Shown: positions 29,588-40,085, counted from the stretch's first letter. The stretch: 64,000 bases of DNA from an uncultured Patescibacteria group bacterium (GCA_905478415.1 CAJQIG010000005.1:65598-129597), one strand, 5' to 3'. The notes: generated by a model not told the origin, from the sequence alone. Translations and numbers: made by a program.

Positions 29588-29926
29588 TTACAGAGAAGAA
29601 ATTTTTGTAACGAGAACTTTAATGAGTTTCCACAAAAGTTTAAATGGTAACGTAATCAAAATCCAAGCTATTGATTCTTTATCATCTTCTCCTCTGACCC
29701 AAGTTGAGACAACGAGATACTTATTTTCTTTGGGAAGGTAACTGGCTACAACAAAATATCTGCGATTTCTGAGCGTTTTTATATAGCGTCGGGAATCTTT
29801 TTTTTCTGCTTTGACGCTGTCTGGGTGTGAGATAACTTCCCAAATGGCATGTGACGAAATAGAACGAGAACTCATTCTTTCGAGTGCATGTTTTGTAAAA
29901 ACAACATTTTTGTATTCGCGTTCCAT
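29588..29926 (-). CDS. DUF4258-like protein with a C-terminal hydrophobic helix
   Basis: FTKHALERM..R.I and VVSTW. Confidence 0.65.
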   Translation of the reverse strand: MEREYKNVVFTKHALERMSSRSISSHAIWEVISHPDSVKAEKKDSRRYIKTLRNRRYFVVASYLPKENKYLVVSTWVRGEDDKESIAWILITLPFKLLWKLIKVLVTKISSL

Positions 29927-29944
29927 GTGGATACTCTAGCTTAT

Positions 29945-31390
29945 TTAGTAGGCTTGTGCAAAGAGCCAACGGTGTTTCGCTGGTTGGCCACATTTGATAC
30001 AGGTGCCTTCCTCTTCTAAAATGGTTCCTTTGGTGTCAGTGAATGGTAAACAACGAGTAGTCGCTTTCGTTTCTTCTTTAATGGCAGTTTCACAGGTAGC
30101 GCTTTCACACCAAAAGGCTCTAATAAATCCTCGGTTTTCTTTCATAATAGTTTTGAAGTCATCGTAGCTCGATGCTTCAAAGGTCAGTGACTCTTGTTTT
30201 TCAAGCGCTTTTGAGAACATAGCTTTTTGTATTTCTTCAAGAAGAGTGGCAATGGTAGAACCTGCAGATGCAATTTTGAGTGTTTGTTTTTCTTGCGAGT
30301 GTCGAATATGGGCAGTAATTTCGCCGTTTTCAAGTTCTCTCTGACCAAGAACTAAGACAATAGGAATACCTTCTAGTTCAGCATCATTAAGTTTCCAGCC
30401 CAGTGAAGTGGTGGTGTCACTATTTTTCTCAGTACGTATGCCACTTTCTTTGAGAATTGATGTAAGGGTAGTGACGGCTTCGGCAGTTTTTTCATCTTTG
30501 GAGGCAGCGACAACTACTACTTGAATAGGTGCTACTTTTGGAGGTATGACAATTCCCTCATCATCTCCGTGAGTCATAATTAAGCCTCCAAGAATTCGAG
30601 TTGAAAGGCCCCAACTGTTTTGCCAAGCAAATTGAGTAACGCCATCGCTATCTTGAAAAGAAATATCAAAGGCTGATTTTTTTGAAAAATTTTGACCCAA
30701 GTGATGACTTGTCCCCGACTGTAATGCTTTTCCATCAGGCATGAGGGCTTCAATAGTGGTGGTCAAGTCTGCCCCAGCAAATTTTTCTGATTCACTCTTT
30801 TTGCCGGCGACCACGGGCAGTGCTAGAAAATCTTCCGCAATTTTTCGATAGCTTTCGAGAGCCTCATACATTGTGTCCAAGGCTTCATCTTGAGTTGCAT
30901 GCGCACTGTGAGCTTCTTGCCATAAAAATTCGGTGGTTCTTAAGAAGAAATTAGTTCTCTTCTCCCATCGAACTACGTTATTCCATTGGTTAATTTTAAT
31001 TGGTAAATCACGATGTGATTGTACCCACTTGCTATACATGTGGTACATGATTGTTTCTGAAGTCGGACGAACAACAAGTTTTTCTGTCAGCTCTTCTCCA
31101 CCGGCATGAGTGACAATAGCTAATTCTGGTGCAAAACCCTCAACGTGGTCAGCTTCTTTTTCCAAAAAAGACATTGGAATAAAGAGTGGAAAGTAGCCAT
31201 TGCGTACTTGCATGTTATCAAGCATGATCTGGTAGTTTTTTTGGATGTGCTCCCAAATGCCGTACCCATTTGGACGAATAATCATACAGCCTTTAACTGG
31301 AGAATAATCCGCCAGTTTTGCTTGCTGAATAACCTGGGTATACCACTTACTCATACTTTCTGATTTTGGTGTCAGATCTCTTTTTGCCAT
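29945..31390 (-). CDS. proS: Proline--tRNA ligase (archaeal/eukaryote-like type)
   Basis: RPTSET, FLRTTEFLWQE, QSGTSHHLGQNF and C-terminal AQAY. Confidence 0.95.
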   Translation of the reverse strand: MAKRDLTPKSESMSKWYTQVIQQAKLADYSPVKGCMIIRPNGYGIWEHIQKNYQIMLDNMQVRNGYFPLFIPMSFLEKEADHVEGFAPELAIVTHAGGEELTEKLVVRPTSETIMYHMYSKWVQSHRDLPIKINQWNNVVRWEKRTNFFLRTTEFLWQEAHSAHATQDEALDTMYEALESYRKIAEDFLALPVVAGKKSESEKFAGADLTTTIEALMPDGKALQSGTSHHLGQNFSKKSAFDISFQDSDGVTQFAWQNSWGLSTRILGGLIMTHGDDEGIVIPPKVAPIQVVVVAASKDEKTAEAVTTLTSILKESGIRTEKNSDTTTSLGWKLNDAELEGIPIVLVLGQRELENGEITAHIRHSQEKQTLKIASAGSTIATLLEEIQKAMFSKALEKQESLTFEASSYDDFKTIMKENRGFIRAFWCESATCETAIKEETKATTRCLPFTDTKGTILEEEGTCIKCGQPAKHRWLFAQAY

Positions 31391-31409
31391 ACTGCCTTTC
31401 GTACCTTTG

Positions 31410-31675
31410 GGTATAAAAAAAACCCATTGTAAATAACTAAGCCATACTTAGTTTTTACAAGGGCTCTTAATAATAAGGGCGGTACCACCTTGTTTTTTTT
31501 AGTTATTTCTAACTAAAACTTTGTAGTTATCTCCTGATAACCGGGCATATGATTTCGGATGCCTGCCGAGCAAGTTAGCAATTCTATCTAAATAGACAAT
31601 GGATCCTCACTCACTTTCACCGCTTGGGTGACTACTTGTTAGGAGCAAGTAGTTTGTACGTCTGTACAATAAGTT
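31410..31675 (-). promoter_or_regulatory. T-box riboswitch leader of proS
   Basis: ACAAGG-TGGTACC-GC...GC-CCTTGT antiterminator (motif 31479..31491), overlapping terminator with U tract, upstream GCCCGGTTATC. Confidence 0.85.
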
Positions 31676-31718
31676 CACCTATAAGTATAACGGAAGAAGC
31701 AGTCCTAATCAAGGGGTG

Positions 31719-32624
31719 CTAATGATTAATCCAGGGAGAGAGAGCCTCAGCAAAAAGGGGTGCAGCATCGAGTACAGTGATTTTTTTTGGCAAGTTCTCA
31801 TGTACTATGGTGTTGGTGACAACCACACTGGTAATACTTTCGTGTGTAATATTCTCGATAGACTCTGGAGTAAAAACTGGATGTGTTGCTAAAAAGTGAA
31901 CTTCCTTTGCACCTTGAGCTTGTAAGAGTTTTCCGGCTTCAAGTACGGTACCGCCCGAAAGTATAGCATCATCAAAGAGTAAGACGACCTTGCCTTGGAC
32001 AGAGCCACCTTGAATACTGCTGGCCGTTACTTTTCCAGTCTGAAGATCACGGTGTTTATCGATGTTCACTAAGTCAGTATTGAGCATATCTGCAAACATA
32101 CGAGCCCTTTTGAGGCCGCCAAAATCAGGACTGGCAACTACACACCCAGAAAGATCAAAATGGTTTCTAGCATAGTCAGCAAACAGAGAAAGTGCTGAAA
32201 GATTTTTTGTTGGAATTGAGAAAAAACCAGGGACGCTACTATTGTGAAGTTCGAGTAAAAAAGCTCTTTTTATATAACTAGTTGAAACTAAATTTGCAAC
32301 AACTTTGGCTGCAATTGGTTCTCCGGGTCGAAAGACTTTATCTTGCAATGAATATCCCATCCAAGGAATAATAGCGTTCACGTGGCGAGCACCGAGTCTT
32401 TGGAGTGCATCACTGATCAGTAGAAACTCCATGATATTTTCGTCTGTTGGAGCTGAAAATGATTGCACAAAGACTATATTTTCACCTTGAACTTGGTCTT
32501 TAATCCAAACTCTTTTTTCACCATTCGAAAAGGCTGAAATATCAACAGCTACCGATTCAACGCCGAGATGCTTTTGTAGAGATGAAGTAAGTAATGGGTT
32601 AGAAGAGCCAGTAATGATTTTCAT
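31719..32624 (-). CDS. prs: Ribose-phosphate pyrophosphokinase
   Basis: FSNGE, VASPDFGGLKRA and DDAILSGGT. Confidence 0.95.
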   Translation of the reverse strand: MKIITGSSNPLLTSSLQKHLGVESVAVDISAFSNGEKRVWIKDQVQGENIVFVQSFSAPTDENIMEFLLISDALQRLGARHVNAIIPWMGYSLQDKVFRPGEPIAAKVVANLVSTSYIKRAFLLELHNSSVPGFFSIPTKNLSALSLFADYARNHFDLSGCVVASPDFGGLKRARMFADMLNTDLVNIDKHRDLQTGKVTASSIQGGSVQGKVVLLFDDAILSGGTVLEAGKLLQAQGAKEVHFLATHPVFTPESIENITHESITSVVVTNTIVHENLPKKITVLDAAPLFAEALSPWINH

Positions 32625-32645
32625 GACTTCTATTGTACCGTATTT

Positions 32646-35573
32646 TTAGCCCTTATGCTCTGGAGCATCAATTAGGCCACACTTTTTGTACTTCAGACCA
32701 CTTCCACAAGGACAGGGGTCGTTTCTACGAATCTTAGCAGTGGCTACGCCAGGTTTAGCCTTTGGAGTTGCTTTTGCGGATCCTAAAGCAGATGCTAAGT
32801 CTCCCAGTGAGCCTTTTCTGGATGTTGGTGCTGTTGGCGTTACTTTTGACTCAACATTCGAAGTTAAACTAGTTTGAACAGCAGCTTTTTGTGCAACTGC
32901 ATGTTTTTGTGGAGCTTGGGCAACTTTTTCCTGAACTCCTCTGAGTTGTACTCTGAACATTCTGCTAGCAATGGTGCTTTCAATACTTTGAATGAGTGAG
33001 GCAAACATCGCAAAACCTTCTTTTTTATATTCAGAGAGGACTGTTTTTTTATCACCTCTGAGCCAGATTCCGTCTCGGAGGGAATCCATAGAGTCCAGGT
33101 GGTCCATCCATTTTTCGTCGATTGTAGAAAGTGTGACGAGTTTTTCTAAGGTTGCTAATTGTTCGTCACCAAGAGCGTTGCGTCGAGATTCATAGGTATC
33201 TTCAGTAATCTTAATAAGCGTTGCTTCTAGGTCATCTGATTTTGAAAGTGATGTAGCGAGCTGGTTTTGTGAAGCATGATCAAAGGGAATAAGTTTAGAA
33301 AATTCTTTAACCAGATCTTTGTAGTTTTCTTCATTATTTTCATCATCTCCGCCATGGAGGGCGACGATACTTCTGACTTCATCAAGAATGTATCCTAAAA
33401 TCTGATCATGAAGTGATCCACTCTCGGATGTAGCGTCAGCTTGCTGGAGAAGTCGGCGTCTGCGCTCGTAAATAATTTCACGCTGTTTATTCATGACGTC
33501 ATCGAACTCAACCAGGCGTTTACGTTGGTCAAAGAAGAAGCCTTCAACTTTTACTTGAGCAGACTCGATTGATTTACTGACCATCCCGTGTTCAATTGGT
33601 TGACCCTCATCAATTTTTAGCATGTCCATGACTTTTGCAATTTGTTCACCGCCGAAAATGCGCATGATTTCATCTTCGAGAGCCACAAAAAATTGTGAAG
33701 CACCTGGATCACCTTGACGACCAGAGCGACCTCGAAGCTGGTTATCAATACGTCGTGATTCATGTCGTTCTGTACCAAGAACGTAGAGTCCTCCCAGAGA
33801 AACAACTTCATCATGGTCTGTTTGCCATTGTTCTAAATCTTTTGCGTAGGCAGCTAGTTTATAGTTATTTGGATTTACTGAAGGAGGGATGCGAAGACCG
33901 TATTTTTCGAGTAGAGCTTTTCTTTCTTTGATAGTGAGCTGTTTGGTGCTTCGAGTCTTTTTTCGATACTCTTTTAATTCCGGTACAGAACCTCCAAGCA
34001 CAATGTCAACACCACGACCAGCAATGTTAGTAGCTACAGTGATAGCACCTTTTTTACCGGCATCAGAGATAATAAAGGCTTCTTTTTCGTGGTTCTTTGC
34101 ATTGAGAACTCGATGAGGAACACCTTTTCGCTTTAAGAAGTTTGAAATGATTTGGTTGTGTTCGATAGATTTAGTACCAATCAAGATAGGTTGTCCAGTT
34201 TCGTGAATATGAGCAACTTCGTTACTGATAGCCCCATATTTAGCTGCAGTAGTTTTATAGACGACATCAGTCTTATCATCTCGAACTACTTCTCTGTTGG
34301 TTGGAACAACTAACACTTCAGTCTCATAAATCTTCATGAACTCTTCGGCTTCAGTTTGAGCAGTTCCAGTCATACCACTTAGTTTTTTGTAGAGCCTAAA
34401 GTAGTTTTGAATAGAGATAGTGGCTAGGGTTCTAGATTCGCTTTGGATAGTTGCACCCTCTTTGGCTTCAATAGCCTGATGAAGTCCATCTGAGTAGCGA
34501 CGACCGTACATTAAACGTCCGGTGTGTTCGTCGACAATGATGACTTCTCCTTCGCGAACGATGTAATCTTTATCACGTTTAAAAATAGTTTTGGCTTTCA
34601 GAGCAGATTCGATGTGATGAATAATATCAAAACTTTCTTCATAGAGATTTGAAACACCAAGTTTTTGTTCGATACGTTTCACACCCAGGTCAGTAAGGGT
34701 GACAGCACGTGCTTTTTCATCGATGTTGTAGTCGACGTCTCGGCTGAGTGATGTGATCATTTTGGCGTAGTCATAGTATTGTTTAGTTGGAGTGTTGTCA
34801 GGAGCGGAGATAATCAAAGGAGTTCGAGCTTCATCGATCAAAATAGAGTCAGCTTCGTCAACAATGGTGTAGTGATGGGCATTATCAAAGCGTTGCACCA
34901 TCTGGGATTCTTGTTGGACCATGTTATCACGAAGATAATCGAATCCAAATTCATTATTTGTACCATAGGTAATATCTGCTTGATAGGCAGCACGACGGGT
35001 AATTTCTTCAAAATGTTCGAGACGCTCATCACCTCTCTCTTCACTGTCAATTTCTGGATTATAGAGTCTCGAATGGTCATGGATGATAACAGCAGATGAA
35101 AGTCCGAGAAAGTGGTAGACCGGACCCATCCATCCAGCTCCTAGTTCGGCTAGGTAGTCATTAACGGTAATTAAGTGAGCACCTTTTCCAAGCAATGCAT
35201 TGAGATACAGTGGTGCAGTCACAGTCAGTGTTTTACCTTCACCAGTTTTTTGTTCGGTGATCATGCCTTTATGTAAAGCAATGCCACCAATCAGCTGGAC
35301 GTCATAGTGACGCATACCAAGGATTCTACGAGCGGCTTCGCGAACGGTAGCAAAGGCTTCTGGAAGAATCTCTTCGAGCATTTCGGCTTCTGTTTTACCA
35401 GAGGCTGTGCCTTCGGCAATGCGTTTTTTAAACTCGACTGTTTTTTTGCCGAGTTGAATGTCAGTTAACTTTGTAAATTCTGGTTCGAGTTCATTGATTG
35501 CATCTACTGTGGATTGAAACGTAGATAAATTCTTTTTATTGTCGTCAAATAGGTTAGAAAAAAACTTCAGCAT
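32646..35573 (-). CDS. secA: Protein translocase ATPase SecA
   Basis: TGEGKT, DEADSILIDEARTPLIIS, RGRSGRQGDPG and the SEC-C motif RNDPCPCGSG. Confidence 0.97.
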   Translation of the reverse strand: MLKFFSNLFDDNKKNLSTFQSTVDAINELEPEFTKLTDIQLGKKTVEFKKRIAEGTASGKTEAEMLEEILPEAFATVREAARRILGMRHYDVQLIGGIALHKGMITEQKTGEGKTLTVTAPLYLNALLGKGAHLITVNDYLAELGAGWMGPVYHFLGLSSAVIIHDHSRLYNPEIDSEERGDERLEHFEEITRRAAYQADITYGTNNEFGFDYLRDNMVQQESQMVQRFDNAHHYTIVDEADSILIDEARTPLIISAPDNTPTKQYYDYAKMITSLSRDVDYNIDEKARAVTLTDLGVKRIEQKLGVSNLYEESFDIIHHIESALKAKTIFKRDKDYIVREGEVIIVDEHTGRLMYGRRYSDGLHQAIEAKEGATIQSESRTLATISIQNYFRLYKKLSGMTGTAQTEAEEFMKIYETEVLVVPTNREVVRDDKTDVVYKTTAAKYGAISNEVAHIHETGQPILIGTKSIEHNQIISNFLKRKGVPHRVLNAKNHEKEAFIISDAGKKGAITVATNIAGRGVDIVLGGSVPELKEYRKKTRSTKQLTIKERKALLEKYGLRIPPSVNPNNYKLAAYAKDLEQWQTDHDEVVSLGGLYVLGTERHESRRIDNQLRGRSGRQGDPGASQFFVALEDEIMRIFGGEQIAKVMDMLKIDEGQPIEHGMVSKSIESAQVKVEGFFFDQRKRLVEFDDVMNKQREIIYERRRRLLQQADATSESGSLHDQILGYILDEVRSIVALHGGDDENNEENYKDLVKEFSKLIPFDHASQNQLATSLSKSDDLEATLIKITEDTYESRRNALGDEQLATLEKLVTLSTIDEKWMDHLDSMDSLRDGIWLRGDKKTVLSEYKKEGFAMFASLIQSIESTIASRMFRVQLRGVQEKVAQAPQKHAVAQKAAVQTSLTSNVESKVTPTAPTSRKGSLGDLASALGSAKATPKAKPGVATAKIRRNDPCPCGSGLKYKKCGLIDAPEHKG

Positions 35574-35682
35574 AATTATTCTTTGTATATCTTGAATACT
35601 AGAGGGATTAGTATACTCCACCCTGCCGTGATGTTATAGCAGAAAGCAAACCTCTTGGAAAGCCTAATTCCTCTTTTTTCTG

Positions 35683-36954
35683 TTACTTAATAGTGTCTTT
35701 ACCCATAAACTCTCTCAGAACCTTTGGAACAAGTATACTCCCATCAGCTTGCTGGTAGTTCTCAATGACAGCAGCTAGGAGTCGAGGGGTAGCGGCCATA
35801 GTGTTATTGAGGGTATAGACATGTTTGGTAGTGCCATCTTTTGCTTGGTATTTAATGCCGAGTCGTCTTGATTGAAAATCATTAAAATAACTAGCGGAGT
35901 GGGTTTCTCGATACTTGCTTTGTCCAGGGAACCAAGTTTCAATATCGTATTTTTTTCTTTGTCCTGCTCCCATATCTCCAGTACACATTAAGAGTACTTG
36001 GTAAGGAAGTTCGAGATCTTTGAGTAGTTGCTCGGAGAATCCAGCCATTTTTTCATGCCATTTTTGTGTTTCAGCTTCGTCTGCAATAGTGTAAATTACT
36101 TGCTCCACTTTATTGAATTGGTGCACACGGATAATTCCTTGGGTATCTTTCCCGTGAGTGCCCACTTCTCTTCTGAAACAGGGAGATATTCCGACCATCT
36201 TAAATGGTAAATCTGCTTCGTTAAGGGTCTCACCCATTTTGTATGCGGTGAGAGAAACTTCTGCAGTTCCAGCGAGAATTTGACCATCTTGAGTTCGGTA
36301 ATGGTCCTCTTTTCCCCAAGGAAAGTAGCCAGTGCCAACCATTGCTTCTTGATTTACTAAAATTGGAGCTGACATTGGAGTAAAGCCTTCGTTCTGCAGT
36401 TTTTTGAGGGCGTACATCAAGATAGCTTGTTCAAGTAAAAGTCCGTCGTTTTTGAGAAAGTATGATCTAAAACCACCAATACGAACGGCTCTGACCGTGT
36501 CGATTAAATCGAGCTCTTCCATTAGTTCGTGATGTTGCTTTGGTTTAAAGTCAAATGTTGGTAGAGTACCCACCGTCTTAATGACTACGTTACTTTCTTC
36601 ATCTTCTCCAATAGGAACTTCATTTGCAGGTACATTGGGAACTGAGTACATGAGCTCTAGATAAGCCTCTTCGGCAAGTTTTAACTCAGGTTCAATACCT
36701 TGTAGCTGAGTTTTAAGTTTTTTACCTTTTGTAATGAGTTCGGCTGATGGTTTGCCAGACTTTTGGACTTCAATCTTAACAGTCTCTGCGTTTTTATTGG
36801 CTTTTTGTCGAATTGAATCTACCTCATACTGAAGTTTTCTGCGTTTTTCGTCGACGGCGAGGAGTTCATCAATTATTGATGAGTCAAGTTGTTTATTTTT
36901 ACAAGCTGTTTTTACAATCGCTGGGTTATCTCGGATGAATTGAATATCTAACAT
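35683..36954 (-). CDS. serS: Serine--tRNA ligase
   Basis: MLDIQFIRDN start; GTAEV, FRREVG, RVHQFNKVE. Confidence 0.96.
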   Translation of the reverse strand: MLDIQFIRDNPAIVKTACKNKQLDSSIIDELLAVDEKRRKLQYEVDSIRQKANKNAETVKIEVQKSGKPSAELITKGKKLKTQLQGIEPELKLAEEAYLELMYSVPNVPANEVPIGEDEESNVVIKTVGTLPTFDFKPKQHHELMEELDLIDTVRAVRIGGFRSYFLKNDGLLLEQAILMYALKKLQNEGFTPMSAPILVNQEAMVGTGYFPWGKEDHYRTQDGQILAGTAEVSLTAYKMGETLNEADLPFKMVGISPCFRREVGTHGKDTQGIIRVHQFNKVEQVIYTIADEAETQKWHEKMAGFSEQLLKDLELPYQVLLMCTGDMGAGQRKKYDIETWFPGQSKYRETHSASYFNDFQSRRLGIKYQAKDGTTKHVYTLNNTMAATPRLLAAVIENYQQADGSILVPKVLREFMGKDTIK

Positions 36955-37014
36955 CGCACCCTTTCTGCACTCTGTGCATATACTTTTTACGGTATCACTT
37001 AGGTTCTGTGTTGG

Positions 37015-37182
37015 GGTAAAAAAAAACTTACCCGACCACAAAAAAGTGATACAAGTAAGAGGGTTCTTGAAAAGAAGAACGGTGCCACCTCTTCATACTT
37101 ATTCCAGCTGTGACGGGCATACCCGGCTTGGTTGTGACTCCAAGCAGCATCGACAGGAGCTAACTGTCTCAGGCGCTTTTGT
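37015..37182 (-). promoter_or_regulatory. T-box riboswitch leader of serS
   Basis: AAGAGG-TGGCACC-GTTCTT...AAGAAC-CCTCTT antiterminator (motif 37080..37093); terminator ending GGGTAAG plus U run; upstream GCCCGTCAC. Confidence 0.85.
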
Positions 37183-37218
37183 TGTTTTTAAGTAGGTGTA
37201 GTATAGCAGATGCTACTG

Positions 37219-37929
37219 TTATTTGTAGGTAGATTTAGGTGTCTTTTCAGGATGAGGAATATCTGTGTTTCCAGTAATGTGTTGCACAGTTCTTTTTCTT
37301 GTTTTTGCAGCTGTAGGCTTTGCTTGTTGAAATAATCGTTCGGATGCAAGCAAGCTGGATAAATCCTCACCTCTCTCGGGTTGATACTCGAAGCTATTTG
37401 TTGCATCAGGATCATTTTTGGTTGACATATTTACACCATCAAATCGATCTCCGTGTTTCCATTCTAACCAAGAATCTTCTCCATCTGCCAAATATGATAG
37501 CTGTTCAAGTTCTTGTTCAGTATCTTTAATTTTATCACTGGTTTCATTTCTCCAAAAAATATCTTGTTGTTGGTCCAGTCGGTGATACAGGGTATCGAGT
37601 AACCGCTTGAGTTCGATGATTTGTATTTTTCTTTCAGCTTGCGTTATTTCTTGATGATCATCAAGTTGATCCTCTCTTGAACCAAGTAGAGCATCATTAA
37701 CTGCCTCAAGAAAGGCTTGTTGTCTTGCCCGTTCTTTTAATAAAACTTCTCTAGTATTAAAGCCGTCATCACCAAATCCACTATGTTTATGCCGTTTTTC
37801 CCTGTGTGAAATAACTCCGAACCTTGAAGGACGAGGCTTTTTTGGGTTATTAGTTGCTGTATGAACTTTGGGGCTCCCATCAGGGTTAAGGTCTCGTCTC
37901 GGTATAAATAGTTCTTCTCTTCTTGCCAT
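37219..37929 (-). CDS. Hypothetical protein
   Basis: ORF MARREELF... filling the lysS-serS gap. Confidence 0.65.
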   Translation of the reverse strand: MARREELFIPRRDLNPDGSPKVHTATNNPKKPRPSRFGVISHREKRHKHSGFGDDGFNTREVLLKERARQQAFLEAVNDALLGSREDQLDDHQEITQAERKIQIIELKRLLDTLYHRLDQQQDIFWRNETSDKIKDTEQELEQLSYLADGEDSWLEWKHGDRFDGVNMSTKNDPDATNSFEYQPERGEDLSSLLASERLFQQAKPTAAKTRKRTVQHITGNTDIPHPEKTPKSTYK

Positions 37930-37981
37930 ATAAAAAGAATACCACCCCAAAGGGGTAGTATTCTAGTAGCTTTTTTATATG

Positions 37982-40015
37982 TTACTTTGAAAAGACTTCA
38001 ATTAAGAAGGCAAAATGCTCATCGGCAGATGTATTAATGAGTGTTAGTCCTTCTTCAATATCATCTCGACTCACATTCGCTGCAAAGCCTTTTGTTTTGA
38101 GTTTCTTCTTTATTGATTTTGGTTTCATGCCTTCAAATCCTGCTGGTCGCATCAGTGAAACCGCATGAATAAAACCAGAAATTTCATCACAAGCAAATAA
38201 GTAGCGCTCAATCAGTGTGGTTGGGTGTTTGCCGGTCCGGTCGGGGGCATGAGCAGCTATAGCATCGAGCATTTCCTGAGGATATGCAGTTAGAATTTCT
38301 GAAATGGCCTTATTTGGATGCTCGTCGGGGTACATTTCCCAGTCTAGATCGTGGAGCAAACCTGCTTGGTACCAGAGCTCTTCGTTTTCTCCGAGCTTTT
38401 GGGCATAGGCTTGCATAGCTTGAGCTACCATCTGTGAATGGTGACGAAGTGCTTCTTCAGAAATATATTTTTCGAGTAGGGCTTCTGCTTCTTCTCTTGG
38501 GGGAAGTACCACATTTTTAGTAGTTTGTTCCTTTGTTTGAGTAGTTTTAGATTCTATATGAAGTGGAACAAGTGGCTTAAGAGTTGGAAAGGCAATGACT
38601 TCTTTAATACTCCAAGTATTAGTTAAGAACATCACTAAACGGTCAATTCCCATACCGATACCGCCGAGTGGTGGCATGCCGTATTCCATAGCTTCAAGGA
38701 AGTCCTCGTCAAGTGGATGGGCTTCGGCGTCACCATGGAGCATGTTTTTTTGTTCATTTTCCCAGATGTTTCGTTGATCAACTGAGTCGACAATCTCACT
38801 CCAACCGTCGGCGAGCTCTTTTCCGCCAATGTAGGCTTCAAAGCGTTCGGCTAATTGTGGGTTCCTGCGGTGCGCTTTTGATAACGGGCTAATGTCTCGT
38901 GGATAATCAATGATCCAAATTGGTGCGATCAAGTGAGGAGTTACTAACTCATCAAAAAGTTCGAACAGAGCTTTTCCTCTGGTAAATTCACTTTTAAGTT
39001 CGATATTGTGTTGTTTTAATAGAGTTTCAGCTTCTTGATCAGAAAGTGTTTCAAACTCAATATTCGCATGTTCTTTGAGGGCTTCATCCATTCTGACTCT
39101 TGGCCAGGCTCCACCAATATCAATAGCTTGGTCTCCTACAGTTATTGTATGGTTCCCGTAGAGTTCAAAAGCGAGGTGTTTCACTAGGTCCTCAGCTACA
39201 TTCATCATTCGATGATAGTCCGCGTATGTTTCGTACCACTCAATCATAGTGAACTCTGGTTGGTGTGTTTGATCAAGTCCTTCATTTCTAAAGTTCCTGG
39301 CAATTTCAAAAATACGATCATAGCCTCCAACAATAAGGCGTTTTAAATAGAGCTCTGGAGCGATTCGTAGGTAAAAATCACTATCAAGCGCATTCATATG
39401 GGTAGTAAAGGGGGTTGCATTTGTGCCACCGTAGAGTGGTTGTAAAATAGGAGTTTCTACTTCTACAAATGCATGTGTGTCTTGTAAAAAACGTCTAATT
39501 TCTTTTTGAATTAACCACCGAGCATCTAGCACACGTTTGGTTTCAGGGTTAATGAGCATGTCGAGGTATCGTTTTCTGAAACGGGTTTCTTTGTCACTAG
39601 CGGCATTCCATTCGGATGGTATTGGTCGAAGTGCTTTGCCTAAAAATTCGACCTGAGTAGCTAAGATTGTAATTTCTCCAGTTTGTGTTGTTAGGACTGA
39701 TCCTGTTACACCAACATAATCTCCTCGATCGACGAGAGTTTTAAGCATTTTAAAAGTTGCCTCAGCAATTTCAGTTTTTTTGACCATGACCTGCATGTTA
39801 GCTGTTGAATCTTGCAAATCAAAAAAAAGTACTTTTCCGTGTGTTCTGATTGACATAATTCTACCTGCAGTCTGAACGGTTTGTCCTTCTGAATCTCGGC
39901 AAGTACGTAGTGTTTGTTTTTTATCAAAAGCGTATGGGTGGATTTCTACTCCAGCTTCTTCGAGTTGTTTGCGTTTATCAAGTTTAGCTTGAATTGTTTC
40001 GTCTATTCGTGACAT
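37982..40015 (-). CDS. lysS: Lysine--tRNA ligase (class II) fused to a C-terminal HD-domain hydrolase
   Basis: OB fold, YLRIAPELYLKRL, FRNEG, GMGIDRL; then RHHS...GLLHDLD...LFACDE. Confidence 0.95.
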   Translation of the reverse strand: MSRIDETIQAKLDKRKQLEEAGVEIHPYAFDKKQTLRTCRDSEGQTVQTAGRIMSIRTHGKVLFFDLQDSTANMQVMVKKTEIAEATFKMLKTLVDRGDYVGVTGSVLTTQTGEITILATQVEFLGKALRPIPSEWNAASDKETRFRKRYLDMLINPETKRVLDARWLIQKEIRRFLQDTHAFVEVETPILQPLYGGTNATPFTTHMNALDSDFYLRIAPELYLKRLIVGGYDRIFEIARNFRNEGLDQTHQPEFTMIEWYETYADYHRMMNVAEDLVKHLAFELYGNHTITVGDQAIDIGGAWPRVRMDEALKEHANIEFETLSDQEAETLLKQHNIELKSEFTRGKALFELFDELVTPHLIAPIWIIDYPRDISPLSKAHRRNPQLAERFEAYIGGKELADGWSEIVDSVDQRNIWENEQKNMLHGDAEAHPLDEDFLEAMEYGMPPLGGIGMGIDRLVMFLTNTWSIKEVIAFPTLKPLVPLHIESKTTQTKEQTTKNVVLPPREEAEALLEKYISEEALRHHSQMVAQAMQAYAQKLGENEELWYQAGLLHDLDWEMYPDEHPNKAISEILTAYPQEMLDAIAAHAPDRTGKHPTTLIERYLFACDEISGFIHAVSLMRPAGFEGMKPKSIKKKLKTKGFAANVSRDDIEEGLTLINTSADEHFAFLIEVFSK

Positions 40016-40085
40016 ATAAGTGATTCCTCTTTCTGTATCTTTGTATAGTATATCAAGATTTTTTATTCCTTTTTGTATAGAAACT

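Noticed and set aside
29588-29926. Toxin-antitoxin module
   Set aside because: The DUF4258-like gene has no adjacent antitoxin candidate and carries a membrane helix; no support for a TA pair.
36955-37041. Extended serS N-terminus
   Set aside because: Overlaps the T-box terminator; the canonical MLDI start is at 36954.
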